Shown piece by piece: positions 1-15,400 of a DNA stretch of 64,000 nt; position 1 is the first letter of the stretch, and each line of letters begins with the position of its first letter. The DNA comes from Bispira polyomma. Its lineage: Eukaryota. Where the stretch lies: assembly GCA_965649765.1 (NCBI GenBank), contig OZ287753.1:62930001-62994000 (forward strand). Direction: 5' to 3'. The notes beneath the pieces were generated by a model, which was not told where the DNA came from, made no database searches, and saw only the letters and a list, made by a program, of their open reading frames with translations. Both the position numbers and the translations under genes were made by a program.

Positions 1-85
1 GTTTTATTGTAAAGCACTTTAGAGCATTTCTATGAATGAATAGGGCGCTATATAAATCTGGTATAATATTATTATTATTATTATA
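1..85 (+). mobile_element. L2-type LINE/SINE 3' tail
   Basis: tgtaaagcactttagagc...gcgctatataaat followed by (ATT)n. Confidence 0.6.
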
Positions 86-280
86 AAATAGAAGACAGCA
101 TTTTAGTACAAAACAATAGGAAACCAGGTTGTTTGGGGAGTGAAATGACTTTACAAAGTCGAATATTTGGATAACAGAAGTATGGATAATAGATGTTCTA
201 TTCTATGTAAATAATTACAGTTGATGTTCCAGTGACCTAATGACATAGAAGTAAAGTCTTTTTTATATGATTTCCTTCAG

Positions 281-400
281 GACACAAATGACTTTGCCCC
301 ACAGTTTGACTCTACTTCCTACACAGCCACTGATATGATAGAGACTGTAGCAGTAGGCACGCCTGTCTCCGAGGTATTTGCCAGAGATGGGGACACACAG
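281..400 (+). CDS. Cadherin exon 1 (window numbering)
   Basis: ttcag|DTNDFAPQFDSTSY...FARDGDTQ|gtatgt; the only canonical DxND linker. Confidence 0.9.
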
Positions 401-3400
401 GTATGTACACTCTTAATACAGTAAAGGCTAAAATATACAAGTTATTAGACAAGGTATGGCCATAGTGAAAGTAGTTGTCCCTACTATCGGATCATTAGGG
501 TTTAGTGTCATTCTTAAGGTTTAGCGTTATGTATTATTATTCTAAATTCAGCTGCGCCCCTTTCAGTGATTTGTAGAATCGTTCCACAGTAAACTTTCGG
601 CAGCCATTTTGAATTTTTGAGACTTTTGGAAAAACTTTTGAGGCCTAGAAAATGGAGCGAGAGATATTGTTGTCTTCTTATCCGTAAGGGTATATATTCT
701 TCGCACAAGTCAACTTCTGAAAACTTTTAGACTGGAAAGTGGCCTAACCATTATACACATAGTTTGTACCTTTTAGTTGTTTTAATATCTAACTAGGGAG
801 CCAATCGGGTGATCCGTTATAGTATCAAGGATGTGCAGCCCTCTGAGGGAGAGTCACTTTTCTACATGTCCCCAGAGTCTGGCCAGATTACAGTGAGCAG
901 ACCTCTGACTTCAGACACTAGCCAGAGATATGTGGTACGTATGTCTATACAGAGTCCAAGTATTCTTCAACCAAATTGATGGCTATTTTTTAATTGACGG
1001 TTTATGATTCCACTATCAAAATAACAGCAAGGATCAAATCTCGTCCAAAGATTGTTTAAAGAGGAAGACTTAAGAGTCAAGGTAGTATTAAACAATAGGA
1101 AAATAAAAATTTGTGAGAGTGAAAGTGTGTTCATAAAATCGATTATTTGGACAATAGAATTTTGTATAATAGAGGCATGGTATATTTATATAATACAGAG
1201 ACACAGATATGTGATTTGTGTATAAATCTAGTTCCTGTTCCAAGAATATGCTAGAGTATTGTATGTGGTATGTACCTGTATAAGAAGAGGTATGGTATAT
1301 TTATATAATACAGAGACATAGATATGTAATTTGTGTATAAATCTTGTTTCAGTTCAACTTGTAAACATTGTAAAGATTATGCTAATGTTTACCATTATGC
1401 TTAAATCAATGGTTATTTTAACACATCTTTTTTTTTGTGATCTCAACGGGTTTTCCGAGTTACCATGTATCCATCCGAGTATCTGCTACCCAAAACCTAT
1501 TTGTGGAACCGAGCACCTCACATACACATTATTTATTGTCCACTCCGCCATAAAATACGATGTTTTGAGATATGATACAGAGCGGGGTGATAAAAAGTGT
1601 TGTATCACTTGGCGCATATTGATGTCATAATGGAAGGTTTTGAATTGCAAACAAAGCGTGATCTGTGTACGTTTGTGGTAATATTTTGAGTATTTTTTGT
1701 AGTAAAGTGTGTAATGAAGTGGATAATAAAAGTAAAACACATTAAGTTATCATATGACTAAAGAATAAAAAATGAAAAGTACAATACAAGATAAAATGCA
1801 CAATACTCCTGTTCTACCAGGCTTATATTATACTGTATCTTCTTTTTTTTTTGTCATAAAATTTTTTAACATATACCACTCAGGTGGTTTTACTATGTTA
1901 TGGCCCACATAATATTATATTCATTAACGAGTTAAAATATTCTTCAATATCAAGACAGAAACATCATGTCAAATATTAAAACAATATATGTACTTGCAGA
2001 ACCTGATTATTTTATTTTTAACTATCTAAATTGGCTGCACTTTCTTTACAAATGTTTGCAAAATTTGCCCGTTACTCCAACAGCCAGGTACCCGCCCATG
2101 AGTAACAAGAACCACTCGGGTAGCAATATACCTCAAGACATTGAGAGCTCTATTTTTTATGGAGTCTTTGTGGCTTAGTGTTTTGAGTGTCTGACTTTAG
2201 ATTTCAAGGCCCAGTTCTATCCTTGCTGCTGGCCTGGAGATTGTACCCTTGGACAAGGTACTTTACACAAGTTGTCCCTCTCTACCCAGGTGTGTAAAAT
2301 GGGTACCTGGTCCCTAATGGTTTCTTAGTCTTTGTGCACCGTATGTGCCTACATCGCCGGCATGCTTTCTTATGGAGCAGAGACTGAACATTTGGTTGAC
2401 AAGTGGAAGAACCCAGGCTGGGGTGTAAATTTAAAAGTTGGCTGAGATCTCAATAGAGGTGATATCAGACTATAAACCTACACACACATTTACATATTGT
2501 GTATCCCATTGTAAGTGTACATTGGTGTCAATACACACCATGCTTTGTTTTGTTTAACAGATCACAGTAGAAGCCACAGATATGGGAGTTCCTGCAATGT
2601 CCTCCACAGCTACTGTCACTCTCAATGTTCTGAGGAACAACTTTTCCCCCGAGTTTACCCGGACAGAGTACAGTAGAAACATAGACTTTAACAGGCCAGT
2701 GGGTGAAGAGGTGGAGGTGGTGTATGCTGAGGACAAAGATAACAGGGTGGGTGATGTGTACATCTAGTGAAGTAAATACTGAAAAAGTCAGTAAATTGTA
2801 CATGTAGGCAAGTAAATACTGGGTGACATATTAGTAGTAAAACATAGATTTTAACAGGCCAGTGGGTGAAGAGGTGGAGGTGGTGTATGCTGAAGACAAA
2901 GATACCAGGGTGAGTGATGTGTACAAGTAGTCAAGTAATTACTGGGGTGACATATTAGTAGTAAAACCTTGACTTAAACAGGCTAGTGGATGAAGAGGTG
3001 GAGGTGGTATATGCTGAGGACAAAGAAACCAGGGTATTTACATATAGTCAGTTAAATATTGGGTTATATATTAGTAGTCAGTTGTGAGTACATAGAGTTA
3101 TATAAATACTAGGGAAATATATTAGCAGTAAAACATTTAGTTTAACAGGCCAGTGGGTGAGGAGGTAGAGATGTTGTATGCTGAGGACAAAGATACCAGG
3201 GTGAAAATAATACTGTATTAGTCAGTTGTGTGTACATGTAGTCAAGTAAATACTGTATTAGTCAGTTGTGTGTACATGTAGTCAAGTAAATACTTGGGTG
3301 ATATATTATGATCATGTTTGAATTAGAATATCTCAATCTGAACAATGAATGTATCAGCTATTTACTACTTTTAGAATCGTAGAACCACTCAGGCTTTGCT

Positions 3401-6400
3401 CAGTAGTAAAATGCTGGGTTTATCATGGAACATTCCTTAAATAAATATGGTCGTGTTCTAAAAGACTGGAAATATAATGGGAATAAGCTGATAAGAGTTA
3501 AAGAGTTATCAATTTAATCATGAAACACCAAAATTCAACAAAAATATTGTGCCATAACAGAACTGCAGGCTCAGAGAATGTGCAATAGTGTTCATCTTTG
3601 CGTAAAGTTTTTATTTTTGAGACCTGTGACAGTCATGCAGGGCGAATAGTTAAAAGCACACATATTGAGTAATACATATGATGGTTGGATATTTACCCCT
3701 GTTTCTGTTGGTTTATTTGTCACCCAAGATTACACAAAAGTACTAAACCAATTAATATGACAATTGGTAGAGGGATGGGGCATAGGCTGTGTTTGGTCAC
3801 TTGGCTTTAATGTTAACAAGAACATTTGTGTGTGGATCCAGGTAGAAGGATGGATCCAGAAAATGTGTTAACATTGTGGCACTGTGGAACCTTGATAAAG
3901 ACATGTGCACTCACTACTGAGTGCCATTCTAGTTAATTTTGCTCTTGTGAACTTCAAAGTTTTGATAAATATTTGAATATTTTCGGAACGACTGCAGAAT
4001 TTCCATAGACAAACACCATTTTGAATGTAGTGATATCAAATGTGAATAAGAAATTTATATCACAGATCCAGTTGTTTTGTGTAGGAAACCAATTTAATGT
4101 CTAAGACAGATAGATCGAAAGTACATGTAACAAACATTAAAAAATAAATTAAATTTCCAAACAGTTACAGCCTACCTTATGTTTATAATCTGAGCATAAC
4201 TGCTAGTCCGAACGTTTGTCGATTGTTTCTTCTTCAGTTTTCTGCTTATTTGTCTGTTACAATGTAGATGAACATGTAAAACTTTGTGTTCTTTAGGTTC
4301 CATTTAGTACAGTTACCTATGAGATTATAGGTGATGGAAAAGCCACAAGGTTCTTTAAAATTGATGAAAATGGACGAGTGACTATATACAACAACCTGGG
4401 GGAAGATGAAGACCTAGAATACTTTGTAAGTAAAAAACACCTTATAATAATTTTAATGGTTAGGGAGTTGGTCTTATGATCAGGAGGTCCCTGGTTCAAC
4501 TCCCAGTGGAGAAGTTTAGTGATCGAAAGGTCCCCAGTTTGTCTTCTGCTGCTGCCGCTAGGTTTATTGGTGGGATTACATTCTTGACCCAGGCTATATG
4601 TTGTGGGATAAATCATTGGTTGATTGATGTTGCACTTTAGATGATGCCTCACATTAATAAAGCACATTAAAACTATATAATACAACACAATATTGTAGTT
4701 AATTTGTCCAGACTCTATTGTACATTTTAGTAAAAAAGTACTATAAGTACATGCAAATGCATATTACATTTGACCTAAATAAAATCAAGGCACCAGCCGA
4801 CAATGGACCAACGGAGGGCCCACCTTGGTGAACTTACAGCACAGTCTATCCTATTTAATTAATAAATAGCAGGCATGTATTGCATAATTTATATTATTTA
4901 TAATTCCCAACTCATTACATCTATAGACTGTTCATAACTATCATAACATTTAATTATAACCTGAATAGAAACTCAGAACTACCAAAGAGTGGACCAACAA
5001 TGGCCCAACATAAGTTGAAGTTACATTTTAGACAGATGTGAGCTGGTGAACCAACGTTGGCCTAACATTAAAAAATACAGTGCGACCAACTGCTCGTTGT
5101 CATCATTGGCCTAACATAGTGATGTTATCTGGGTGATATGTTATAAACATTGTGTAAAAGAATCAACAAAAGCAGAAACACAGGTGATTAACTAAATTAA
5201 ATATGTTTAATAGTGACAAGGAGCATATTACAATCCTAATTACTAGCAGTATATTATCTACAGGTGCGTGTACGGGCCACAGACGGGGGAGACAGACAGT
5301 CTGCTGCCCTACTCACGATATCAGTCAACAGAAACCTCCATGCTCCTGTGTTCTTTCCTGGAACCTACCGAGTCACAATCTTGGATAATGAACCTTTGTC
5401 CTCATCCTTTGTTAAAGTAGAAGCTAGTGATGCTGACCTTCAGGTGACTATATTTAATATTATGTTTTTCGCTCATGGCCATTTTTTTTTGGTGTTTTGA
5501 AAGAATTTAAACATAAATTATTAATTGACAATCACTCACAGCCTTGAGGCCAATAGTGTTTTTTAATTTTTGTGTATGTCTTTAGGATGACACAAAAACT
5601 ACTGATTTACATGAAATGTGGTAGACGGATTGGACATTGTTTTCACTTTCTGAGACTGTGGCACCTTGGCAGAGGTATCCGCTCTACTGAGTGCCCTTCT
5701 AGTTTTTAACATGTTTTTAAAAAAGAAGTATTGATATGTATTGATTTCTTACTGTTTTGTCACTCAGCCCTAAATGTACTGTTGATCAAATAAAGCTAGC
5801 TACTGGTGACCAAGTGAGGAGTTTACTGTATATATACAGTCAAACTTTTATTAGACAACCACCCAAGGGAATCAGTAAAAACGGTTGTTAGTAGAGGGTC
5901 AGTCATTCTGTAAAACCTTCCTGATGTGAACAGGTTGTCACTCTACACAGTGGATGGAAATCTGGGATTATATAAAATACATCGCCCCTGTACACATCAT
6001 TGTTGTATAGTCCTTCATATTTCACTTTATATAATAGTGCTTCTAATATTAGCTTGCCTCTTGAAAGCATTTTCATCATTAACGATAGTTTGTCATAAAA
6101 CAGTTTGAAGGGAGCAGCAGTGATAAATACCAGCCAACGAAAATGCAATTCAGTAAACTCCCGAGTAATTCCCTGTACAATGAGGGGATTAATTAACATG
6201 TCTTTAATGTTTGGTAACAAATAAATTCTATTTCTCTTTTGTCCATTCATGTGCATATGTGCTATCAAGGAAAAGGGTCTTTATATTTCAGTCAGAGGTC
6301 GCTTATATTTGGTTATGTAAATTTGGTCATCACTCTCTGTATGTACTTAAGTGGTCGCATATTTACAAGTCAAATTATGGTCGCGAGAGCATACAATAGT

Positions 6401-9400
6401 GGTTGTTGGTCAGAACCTGTGAGTGGCCGGCTTTCAAGGTCAATTGGAAATGCCAAAATTGAGCTGAGGTTTCATAACAGTCTCAATTCTGGCGTTGTTG
6501 TCCTTTGATAGTGGTTGCTGGTAAAAGTTGGAGTACGTGGTCATTCTTACAAAGATGGTCTGCAATAAAACAAATTAGAAATAAAGGACATTTCTTAGAA
6601 TTTTCTTTGTCTAAGCCAATCAGATTCTTTGAAAAAACTCCTTCGGTCAATCAAATGGGTTGAGATAAAAATTAACTTTGCATGTCCTTCATATGAGCGT
6701 CTGCTGTAAAATCACTGACCTCTTACCTATGGGTATTGAATCCCTCAGATTCACAGATGTGAGAAAGTTTGTCAGGTACTTGCCGCAGGTTGGTGATTTA
6801 CACAGTGGCTTCAACACTGGTTTCCCCCACCACTAAACCTGGCCATCGCAGTAAAACTAAAGCAGCTGGTAAAAGTGAAGTAAAAACCCAAATAAATAAA
6901 TTCATAGAGATGGGCTCTCTTTTCTGGTGTGTTCTCTGATACAGGTTAAAATGTATATATATATTAGTTTAATAATGAGTAGTCACACTGTGTTTCAGGC
7001 TCCTCACAAAGATATGAAGTATAGTCTGATAGGAGATCTCACAGCACTAGAGTACTTTATGGTAGACCCAGAGTCAGGGGAGGTTAGTCTGAGGCAGTCT
7101 GTGGCACTGGACAGAGAGAGGAGGACCAGCTACAGTGTAAGTATACATCACACTGCGACGTCTAGTTACAGGGTATTAATTATGGTTCATTCTAGCTGTG
7201 TATTCTAACTTTGTGTATTATGTACAGTGGAACACTGTTAAGTCGAATCTGAAGGGACCATAAAATGTTTACTGTTTTAGACATTATTTTGACCTGTAAC
7301 CTTGTAGTTACCTATGACCTTGACCTTCATATATGATACATATATGGTTTGTTAGAAGGCATTTATTAGGCAGCATCCTGAGCTGTCACAAATATGTACA
7401 GAACTACTGAAACCAGTTACATGAAAAATGGTGCAGGTAATGGGTGTGATTGATCTCTTTTTGTCACTGTGGTATCTTGGCAGAGATATGCCTCTGGTGA
7501 TGTAGTTATAGTTTTATACTACAATGTTTCTTGCATTTGATGAACTTGCTGTGTATTGCAATTGCTTTGAAAATGTCCTGCTGGTCTAATGTGTTAGGAT
7601 AATAAAATAAAAATAATAAAATTGTATATAGGAGAGTAGATAATATTCTATATAGAATATATATTCTATAGTTGTTATATTTACTGGTTAGAACATGTCT
7701 TTTGGGGGGCACTATAGGAATTTGGAACAGCCAGATGTCAGGACAATTGGCCCTCTAAAACATGTTCTAAAGATCTGAACACTGTCAGGATATCAAACCG
7801 AAGTCATCTGTTAAAAATATATGGAAACTACCATGATTCAAAAAAAAAAATTGTGTTTTTATAATTTCAAAACAACAATAAACACAACATTTTTTCAACA
7901 AGAATAGTAAAATAACAGTACTTTACAATGTAAACTCCTCTATGAAAAGCTTTAAATTGTTAACTTAACTTAGAGGTAAGTTAAAAAAATTTTTATAGTC
8001 AATCCTTGTATTATCGGCCTACCTCATATTTTTGGCCCATATCACGTTTTGGGCCTTGAATAGAGGTCAAAATATTATTGTTTGTAATCGAACAGATGCC
8101 TTCCCAATGTTAGACTTATTAATTAAAGTGAACTAGTATCAGTTTATTTTAAAAAACTTAATTGTAAAAAAAATCCTGGAACACAATTGAAACCATAAGT
8201 CTTAATTATTTTGAAATTATTTGCTTAATAGGCCAACAAAAATTTTTTTTTTCAGCTTGAGATCGAGGCAAGAGATGAAGGCTTACCTAATTACCGAGCC
8301 TCCAGTAACAGAGCCAGAGTGGATGTGACTGTAGTCAGAAACCAGAACTCACCCATCTTCTTCAACTCTTCTTACAACTCACAAATACAACAGGATGCTC
8401 CTGTCGGCAGTCAGGTGGCATTAGTGGAGGCCTCAGATGCTGATGAAGCGGTAAGTGATGGTATATCTGATTAAGCATAATAACTGATAGATGTCTGACT
8501 TTATTGATTAGCTGATTTAGTTAAGTTTTTATCCATTTATGTCATATATAGATAATAACAATATAATAGAACCTCTGTTATCTGAACTTTGATTATCTGA
8601 ATATTCAATTTTATTATTTTCACTTTCCATAATTTATGTTTTGTTAATGTTTTGTATTTAAAATGCATCCTCTCTTTTACAAACCTTTTAATTATCCAAA
8701 CAAAATATTTCATTTACAAATTACACAGATATATATATAATGGAGGTTCTACTCTCCTTTTTTGTAAATAACACTACAGTGAATTGTTCAGTCGGAGTTT
8801 GAATCAATTCCGTTTTTTTTAATTTTCAGTAAAACTTGGGTCATTTTTGTTCACTCAAGAACAAAAACTTTGACTCATATTTCTATAACAATTTTGATAA
8901 TAATGTCTTTTGTAATGTCTAATTAATGTACATGTATGTTAATTTATAGTGGTCACTATCTTGTTTTAAAATTTATTTCCCCATTTATAAAAGTGTTAGA
9001 GTAAGGGGTTTGGAAACCTCCATGCCAGGACCTGTACAATGTTTTGCATTTCACAGGATGCATTTTTACAATTAGATGACATAATATGTAGATTGTCTAT
9101 ATTTCTATGTGTGTTACTTCAGGTTGACTTCAAGACCATTACCTATGAGATAGTTGGGGATGACCTTGCTCCCAGTTTGTTTGAGATTGGTTCAGAGTCT
9201 GGACAAATCACAGTGAAAACTACACTACAGAATGATATAGATGAACTCTATAGGGTAAGAGAGTCAATCTACATGTAGTAACACCTGATACTGGTAAATG
9301 GACAAAATCCCAATATTTTTAGGACATCACGACAAAATCCCAATGTAATATTCACGGTTAATAGCAAAATCCCCATAGACATACAGTAGAATCTCTATTA

Positions 9401-12400
9401 TCCAAACTTCTATTGTCTGAAATATTCAGTTTTAAGAACACATTTGCACAGTCCCAAAATGATTTTTTTTCCCTAATGTTTTATAATAGAATGTCTTCTA
9501 TTTTATGAACCTTGTATTATCCAAACAAATATTTGCCTTTCATCCAGTCCGCATAATAGAGATTTGATTGTTTATATGAAGTATAATTGTATCCACCGGA
9601 CAACTCTGGTGGATACTATGGAGTAAGCATTGTTACACTGACGCTGCCGGCTATTAACGCATTTTCTGTGCTGTGTTTTATCATTTTGGCAAGTCTAGAG
9701 GTAAACTCTGACCATGTGTTTTGGATGCACATGTGCAGTAACTTGGTTTATTACCCCCGAGATATGTGATGATAGATGTCTGCTGTCGAAAACAGCCACA
9801 TGTAGGTCTCGGCGCATCTGAGAAATGTGACAGATTCATTGGTCACTGAATGGTTGTTGATACATGTGTTCAAGAGTGAACGAACTCAATGTTGGTTATT
9901 TTATTTTGATATTTAGGTAATGTTTAATACATGTATAATAATGTCTAAACTAACCAATCAAATCTTGTTTTCACACTACAGATCCGTGTTGTAGCCAAAG
10001 ATAATGGTAACCCTGCCCGCAGTGCCACAGCTATAGTGTATGTAGTGGTCGTAAGGAACTTCTATGTGCCAACATGGGAACAAAGCTCTTACACTGCCAG
10101 AATACAAGAGACCCACCCTTCTGGTATAGGCTTTGTAAAGGTTCTGGCTACAGACAGGGACAGACAGGTATGTACTGTAGTAAGGATGATAATACAAGTG
10201 ACCCAGCCTTCTGGTATAGGCTTTTTAAAGGTTCTGGCTACAGACAGGTACATACTGTAGTAAGGCTGATAATACAAGAGACCCAGCCTTCTGGTATAGT
10301 CTTTGTAAAGGTTCTGGCTACAGAGAGGGACATACTGTAGTAAGGCTGATAATACAAGAGACCCAGCCTTCTGGTATAGTCTTTGTAAAGGTTCTAGCTA
10401 CAGACAGGTACATACTGTAGTAAGGCTGATAATACAAGAGACCCAGCCTTTTGGTTGAGGCTTTGTAAAGGTTCTGGCTACAGACAGGTATGTACTGTAG
10501 TAAGGCTGATAATACAAGAGACCCAGCCTTCAGGTATAGGCTTTGTAAAGGTTCTGGCTACAGACAGGAACAGACAGGTATGTACTATAGTAAGGCTAAA
10601 AATACAGGAGACCCAGCCTTCTGGTATAGGCTTTGTAAAGGTTCTGGCTACATACGTTAGATTCTTTATTTTCTTGTGTAAGGCAGATAATGTGTAGACA
10701 AACTTGTATAAGATTACCTCAACCACTAAAAAGGTTCACTTGTAGGGGGTTGGTGGTCTTATAAAACCTCTACTGGATGATACTAGTATTGGCTAAAGCA
10801 GGAGGTCCACTTAACAGGGATAATTATATTTAATAATATAATAATTTTGAATTTATATAAATACACATATATTATGTGCACTAAAAATATGTAAGTGAAC
10901 TTTCCATACAGTTTAAAATATTTAGGTGACATTACAAGATGCCACTGAATATGTCAATTATCTAAAGTATAAAAAAGCCCTTTATCTTATATTTAGGGGA
11001 CAGCTAACAGTGAAGTGACGTATGAGGCTATTGGTGATGACTTTGCACTGACCTACTTTCAAGTGAACAAAGATACAGGGTTTGTGTCTGTGAGGCGGTC
11101 ACTGCTTACTGATAGGTCTCTGGCTAAGAATTACAGGGTAAGTCCATTCTAATGGTAAGTGGGACTTCTTACAGTGGTTAATGTGTCTATATGAAATTAT
11201 TTGTTGGTCCATCTGGCCTAGCGGTTAAGGAACTGGTCTTGTGATCAGAAGGTCCCGGGTTCGATTCCCGGTTACCGGCCACTTATTTTATTGGTTGGAT
11301 ATCATCCTTGGGCAAGTTGTGTACATGCGTTTGCCTAGTTGGCTATAGGCTTTTCTAAATAAATAAATTTTCAATTTTTATTTAAAACTGTCAACAGAAA
11401 CTAAGGTCTTGATGTATTGTAGAGGGTTCCATAATGTTGGTGCAGCTACTGAAATTGCACAACCACTAAATGTTTTGCATTTTGACTTTGGAATTATAAG
11501 TTGAAGTTTCTCACAGGAGCGAATTATATCACAAGATTCCCTTTTTGTCAGTAGCTTGGAAATATATTCTGCAGCAAGTGCTTTGAAAGTTAGCAGAATA
11601 ATTTTGAATTCAAGCTTTTAGTGTGTAGGTAACTAATGAAGCTTCTGAAGAATTGGATTCACATGACACAGTTCTGATCACCTTGTAATCGACTGATTTG
11701 GGAGGACCATAAAGCAGGCCATTGAGATGTGCTCATGTCCACTGGTTCTAATATTTCTAGCTCATCATAGTGGCCAGAGAAAATGGGAAACCTCAGTGAT
11801 GAATCCCAGGTGAACAACCTATACTTGTAACCCATTCATTCTAGCAGAGATTTTACTTAACCTCACTCTACCCTTATGTCCACTGGTTATAATGTATTCT
11901 AATTCTATTCTAGCTCATCATAGTGGCCAGAGACAATGGGAATCCTCAAAAGATGAGTGATGAATCCGAGGTAAACATAGAGGTGATCCGTAATGACCAC
12001 GCTCCATCCTTTGACAGAGAGAGTTACACTGTGGCCATTAGTCAGAACAATCCCACAGATGAGCCTGTCATTCAGGTCTCTGCTACTGATGCTGATCCAA
12101 GGGTAAGTATGGTAATACAGAAAGACTAGCATATTGTGTTATATATTTTTAACATACTTTATTGATGCAGGGCATCTTCTAGAGTGCAACAAGCGGCATA
12201 ATTAACCATGTCAAATCATGTGTTCTACAACATAACCTAGATTATCATCAGTAGGCAATGGTGTGTTTCACATCTGCTAAAGGATGTTATCCCACCAATG
12301 AACCTAGCAGCATCAGAAGGAGTCGAACCGGGGATCTTCTGATCTTCAGACCAACTACCCCACTGGGGAAGAAAAGAACGAAAAGTAAATGAACTCCTGT

Positions 12401-15400
12401 GCTTGGAGTTGACCTTCCGATCTCCTAACCAACTCCCTACCAACTAGGCCATGGTAGGCCACATGTGTGTACAACTAGACACCCTGTTTAAAGACTGAAT
12501 GTACCTATAACTTCCACCAATTATCTGATCTTACCTTTCAAAAATATCTGTTTTCACACGGATGGTCCGGATGAGCAGGTCAGTATCTGGACTGGTAGGG
12601 GCGCTGCCAAAATTTGTGTCGGCTAATCCTCGGAATCCATAAGGCTGAGTAAGTTCATATTTTATTCAAATGTGTAACATCATGGTCTGATGTTCTACCC
12701 AATGGCTGTGTGGTTTAGCATCTCGCATGCTATTTTTTCAATCAGCAATAATTGAAAGTTAGACACAGATCTTGTGTCCATTCGACTTACACAGATTCTA
12801 CTGCACCTCTGATATCTTTACTTATATCATGAAAACTCTCACCTTCCACTTCCTCCTCAGTCCTGGGTTTGCATCTTGGCCCTGGCATGTAAGTGGGAAA
12901 GTAAGCGGTGGACTTGTTGAAGGCCAATGGTTGGCAGTTCACAACCCTTGATCAACAACCCCACACTGCTTCACTGTTTTCATCCACCAATAAACTGCCT
13001 GCCACAATTTAACAGTTGTACCTTATTATTTTTAGTTGCTCGTATGGTTTGTTGTTGTATGACTTTACATTTTGGGTTTGATCAATAGAAAATCCACATG
13101 CTTTAAAGGTTATTGGCTGTAACTGACTAATGTCATGCTAAACAATCAGATACACTAGCTGTCATTTTAATGTCAGTGCTATAAAAATGAATTAAGGTGA
13201 ATTTGAAAGTCTGTCTTACATCAGCACACTGGTAACGATATAACGTTTGTCTTACAGGAGCAGTTTGGACTTGTTCAGTACAAGATGATTGGTGATGACT
13301 CGGGGCCAGCTTTCTTTAGCGTTAATGGGGAGAGTGGACAAATTACTCTAGACAGGAGCATAGAGAGTGATACAGTATCTGAGTACAGGGTGAGGCTCTA
13401 CAAAAAAACTAGCTACTATATACAGTAGAACCTCTATTATCCAAACATGCTGGAAGATTATTATTTTTGTTTGGATAACAAAAGGTTCACAAAATAGAAG
13501 GGGCATTTCTGTATCAAACAATAAGAAAACATAAATTTGGGTGAGTGCAAATGAGTTGATGAAATTGAATATGCGGAACATAGAAGTTTGAATAATAGAA
13601 GTTCTACTAATACAAAGAAACACTTATGGCCTGTTTTCATACATGCGTAAAAGCCATCCCTACACGTTGTACCTACACATAAAATTGCTTGCTCCTTATA
13701 TACGTGGATTTTTTTATAGGTGTTATTTTTTGACGGATATAATGAATGGCAGAAGTTGCATCAAATATTTACTTCTGTGCAACAAAAGTTAGGGTGTTAG
13801 GTATTAAAACATGCAGCTTCAGATGCTGAACAATTTGTTGAAAATATTACAGTGCAACCTCTATTGTCAGTGTCCAAATCTGTTGGCAGAGCAAGATTAT
13901 GTGTAAAATAAAAGAGGCATTTTAGTATAAATCAATAGGAAAATTTAAATTTTGGGCAGTGAAACTTGTTCATAACATTGTATATTCGGATAATAGAGGT
14001 TCTACTGTATTAAAATCAGTTTTAAATAAATCTACGTTACTTACTATTGTTTTTTTAATTTATGATATGCCAATACTCTCGCCTGAACATACTTCCACTC
14101 TCAAATGATGTAACAGAGGTATTCCAGTCTGTACAAGCATAATTAAAACTATTTTAAATTAACTACAATTAAGAAAAAAGAAAATTATGCATTAAAACGT
14201 TTATCTCAAATAAATGATCTTTCCTCATTGACGGATAGGTTTGGTGTGTATGGATGACGTGCATGAGCGAATGGCAACAGTACTTAAGTTTTAACTTTAT
14301 AACTAAGCTTTTAAAACGTTTGCTGCCTGTATAAGACCCACTTTCATGTTGGCCTTGCGATTATCACTGCTTACCTGGCACGTATCTGCCACGGTGAAAT
14401 GGCTTTTCATTGCCAATCAAATCCGCAATGGCTGTGGATATCTACACTTACCCAGGATTTCAGGCAGAAATCATTGTGGGTTCAAATTTTTATACCACTT
14501 ACATTGAGGGATGTTTCTACGAGCGGCTAATCACCATACATTCACGAGGATCTTTTTTTCTAAGTGGCTGAAGCAGGAGGCGGGCTTTTCTATGTCTGTG
14601 ATTATGCACATTAATATTCATTCTGAGTCAAAAAAAATTCATAATGAATTATTCACAACAAAACTTTGTTTTTTGAATATGAAATAAAATGATAAAAAAA
14701 GGATGTAACTATTCTGAGCTCATCATTACACAATAAAAAACCCCAGGAAAACCCACCACTTTATGTATTTTTCGGACAGTATCTTTCCTTCAGTATTTTC
14801 ATAAGTCTCCTCCTTATACTTAGAATCAAATTGTTTATCCATAGCCATATCTGTTAGCTTTATTCAATACAGTAGAACCTCTATTATCCAAATTTGTATT
14901 ATCCAAACGTTTAGTTTTATAAACTTCACTGTCCAAAATAACCAGTTTCCTATTGTTTTATACCAAAATAAGTCTTTTATTTTACGAACATTCCAAACTA
15001 CACTTTTTAACTCTGTCCCTCAGCTTTCATTTTTATTGAGTATCTGCTTCATAGCATTTCTAAATCACTTGATATTCGGGCAGTACGTATTAAAAAAGTC
15101 ACTATGTCACCTACCTAATATTGTGATCTTATTGTTTCTATTGTGATCTCTAGTTAAGGATAGAAGCCTATGACAATGGTAGTCCTTACAAGAGTGACGT
15201 GACCTTGGTAAAGGTCAGTGTAGACAGGAACCTTAATGCCCCGAGGTTTACTGATGGCAGTAAAGACATTGAGATCATCTACACACAAGAACTGGGTATT
15301 CCAATCACCTCTGTACGAGCTGACGATGCAGATTACTTTGTAAGTTTTCTATTTCTTGGTTGTTGTTCGTTATTGCGTTTGTATATTTTTGGATATGTTT

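Noticed and set aside
514-2178. Short ORFs in the first introns, and similar 60-130-aa ORFs elsewhere
   Set aside because: No domain motifs or splice support; expected by chance in AT-rich introns and repeats.
10074-10726. Overlapping ORFs with cadherin-like fragments as extra exons
   Set aside because: Products of the 80/90-bp array; the next donor (10248) is 80 nt on and out of frame, and the units lack acceptors.
11206-11280. Possible tRNA gene
   Set aside because: Has A/B boxes but continues into a body shared with several diverged copies; it is a SINE head.
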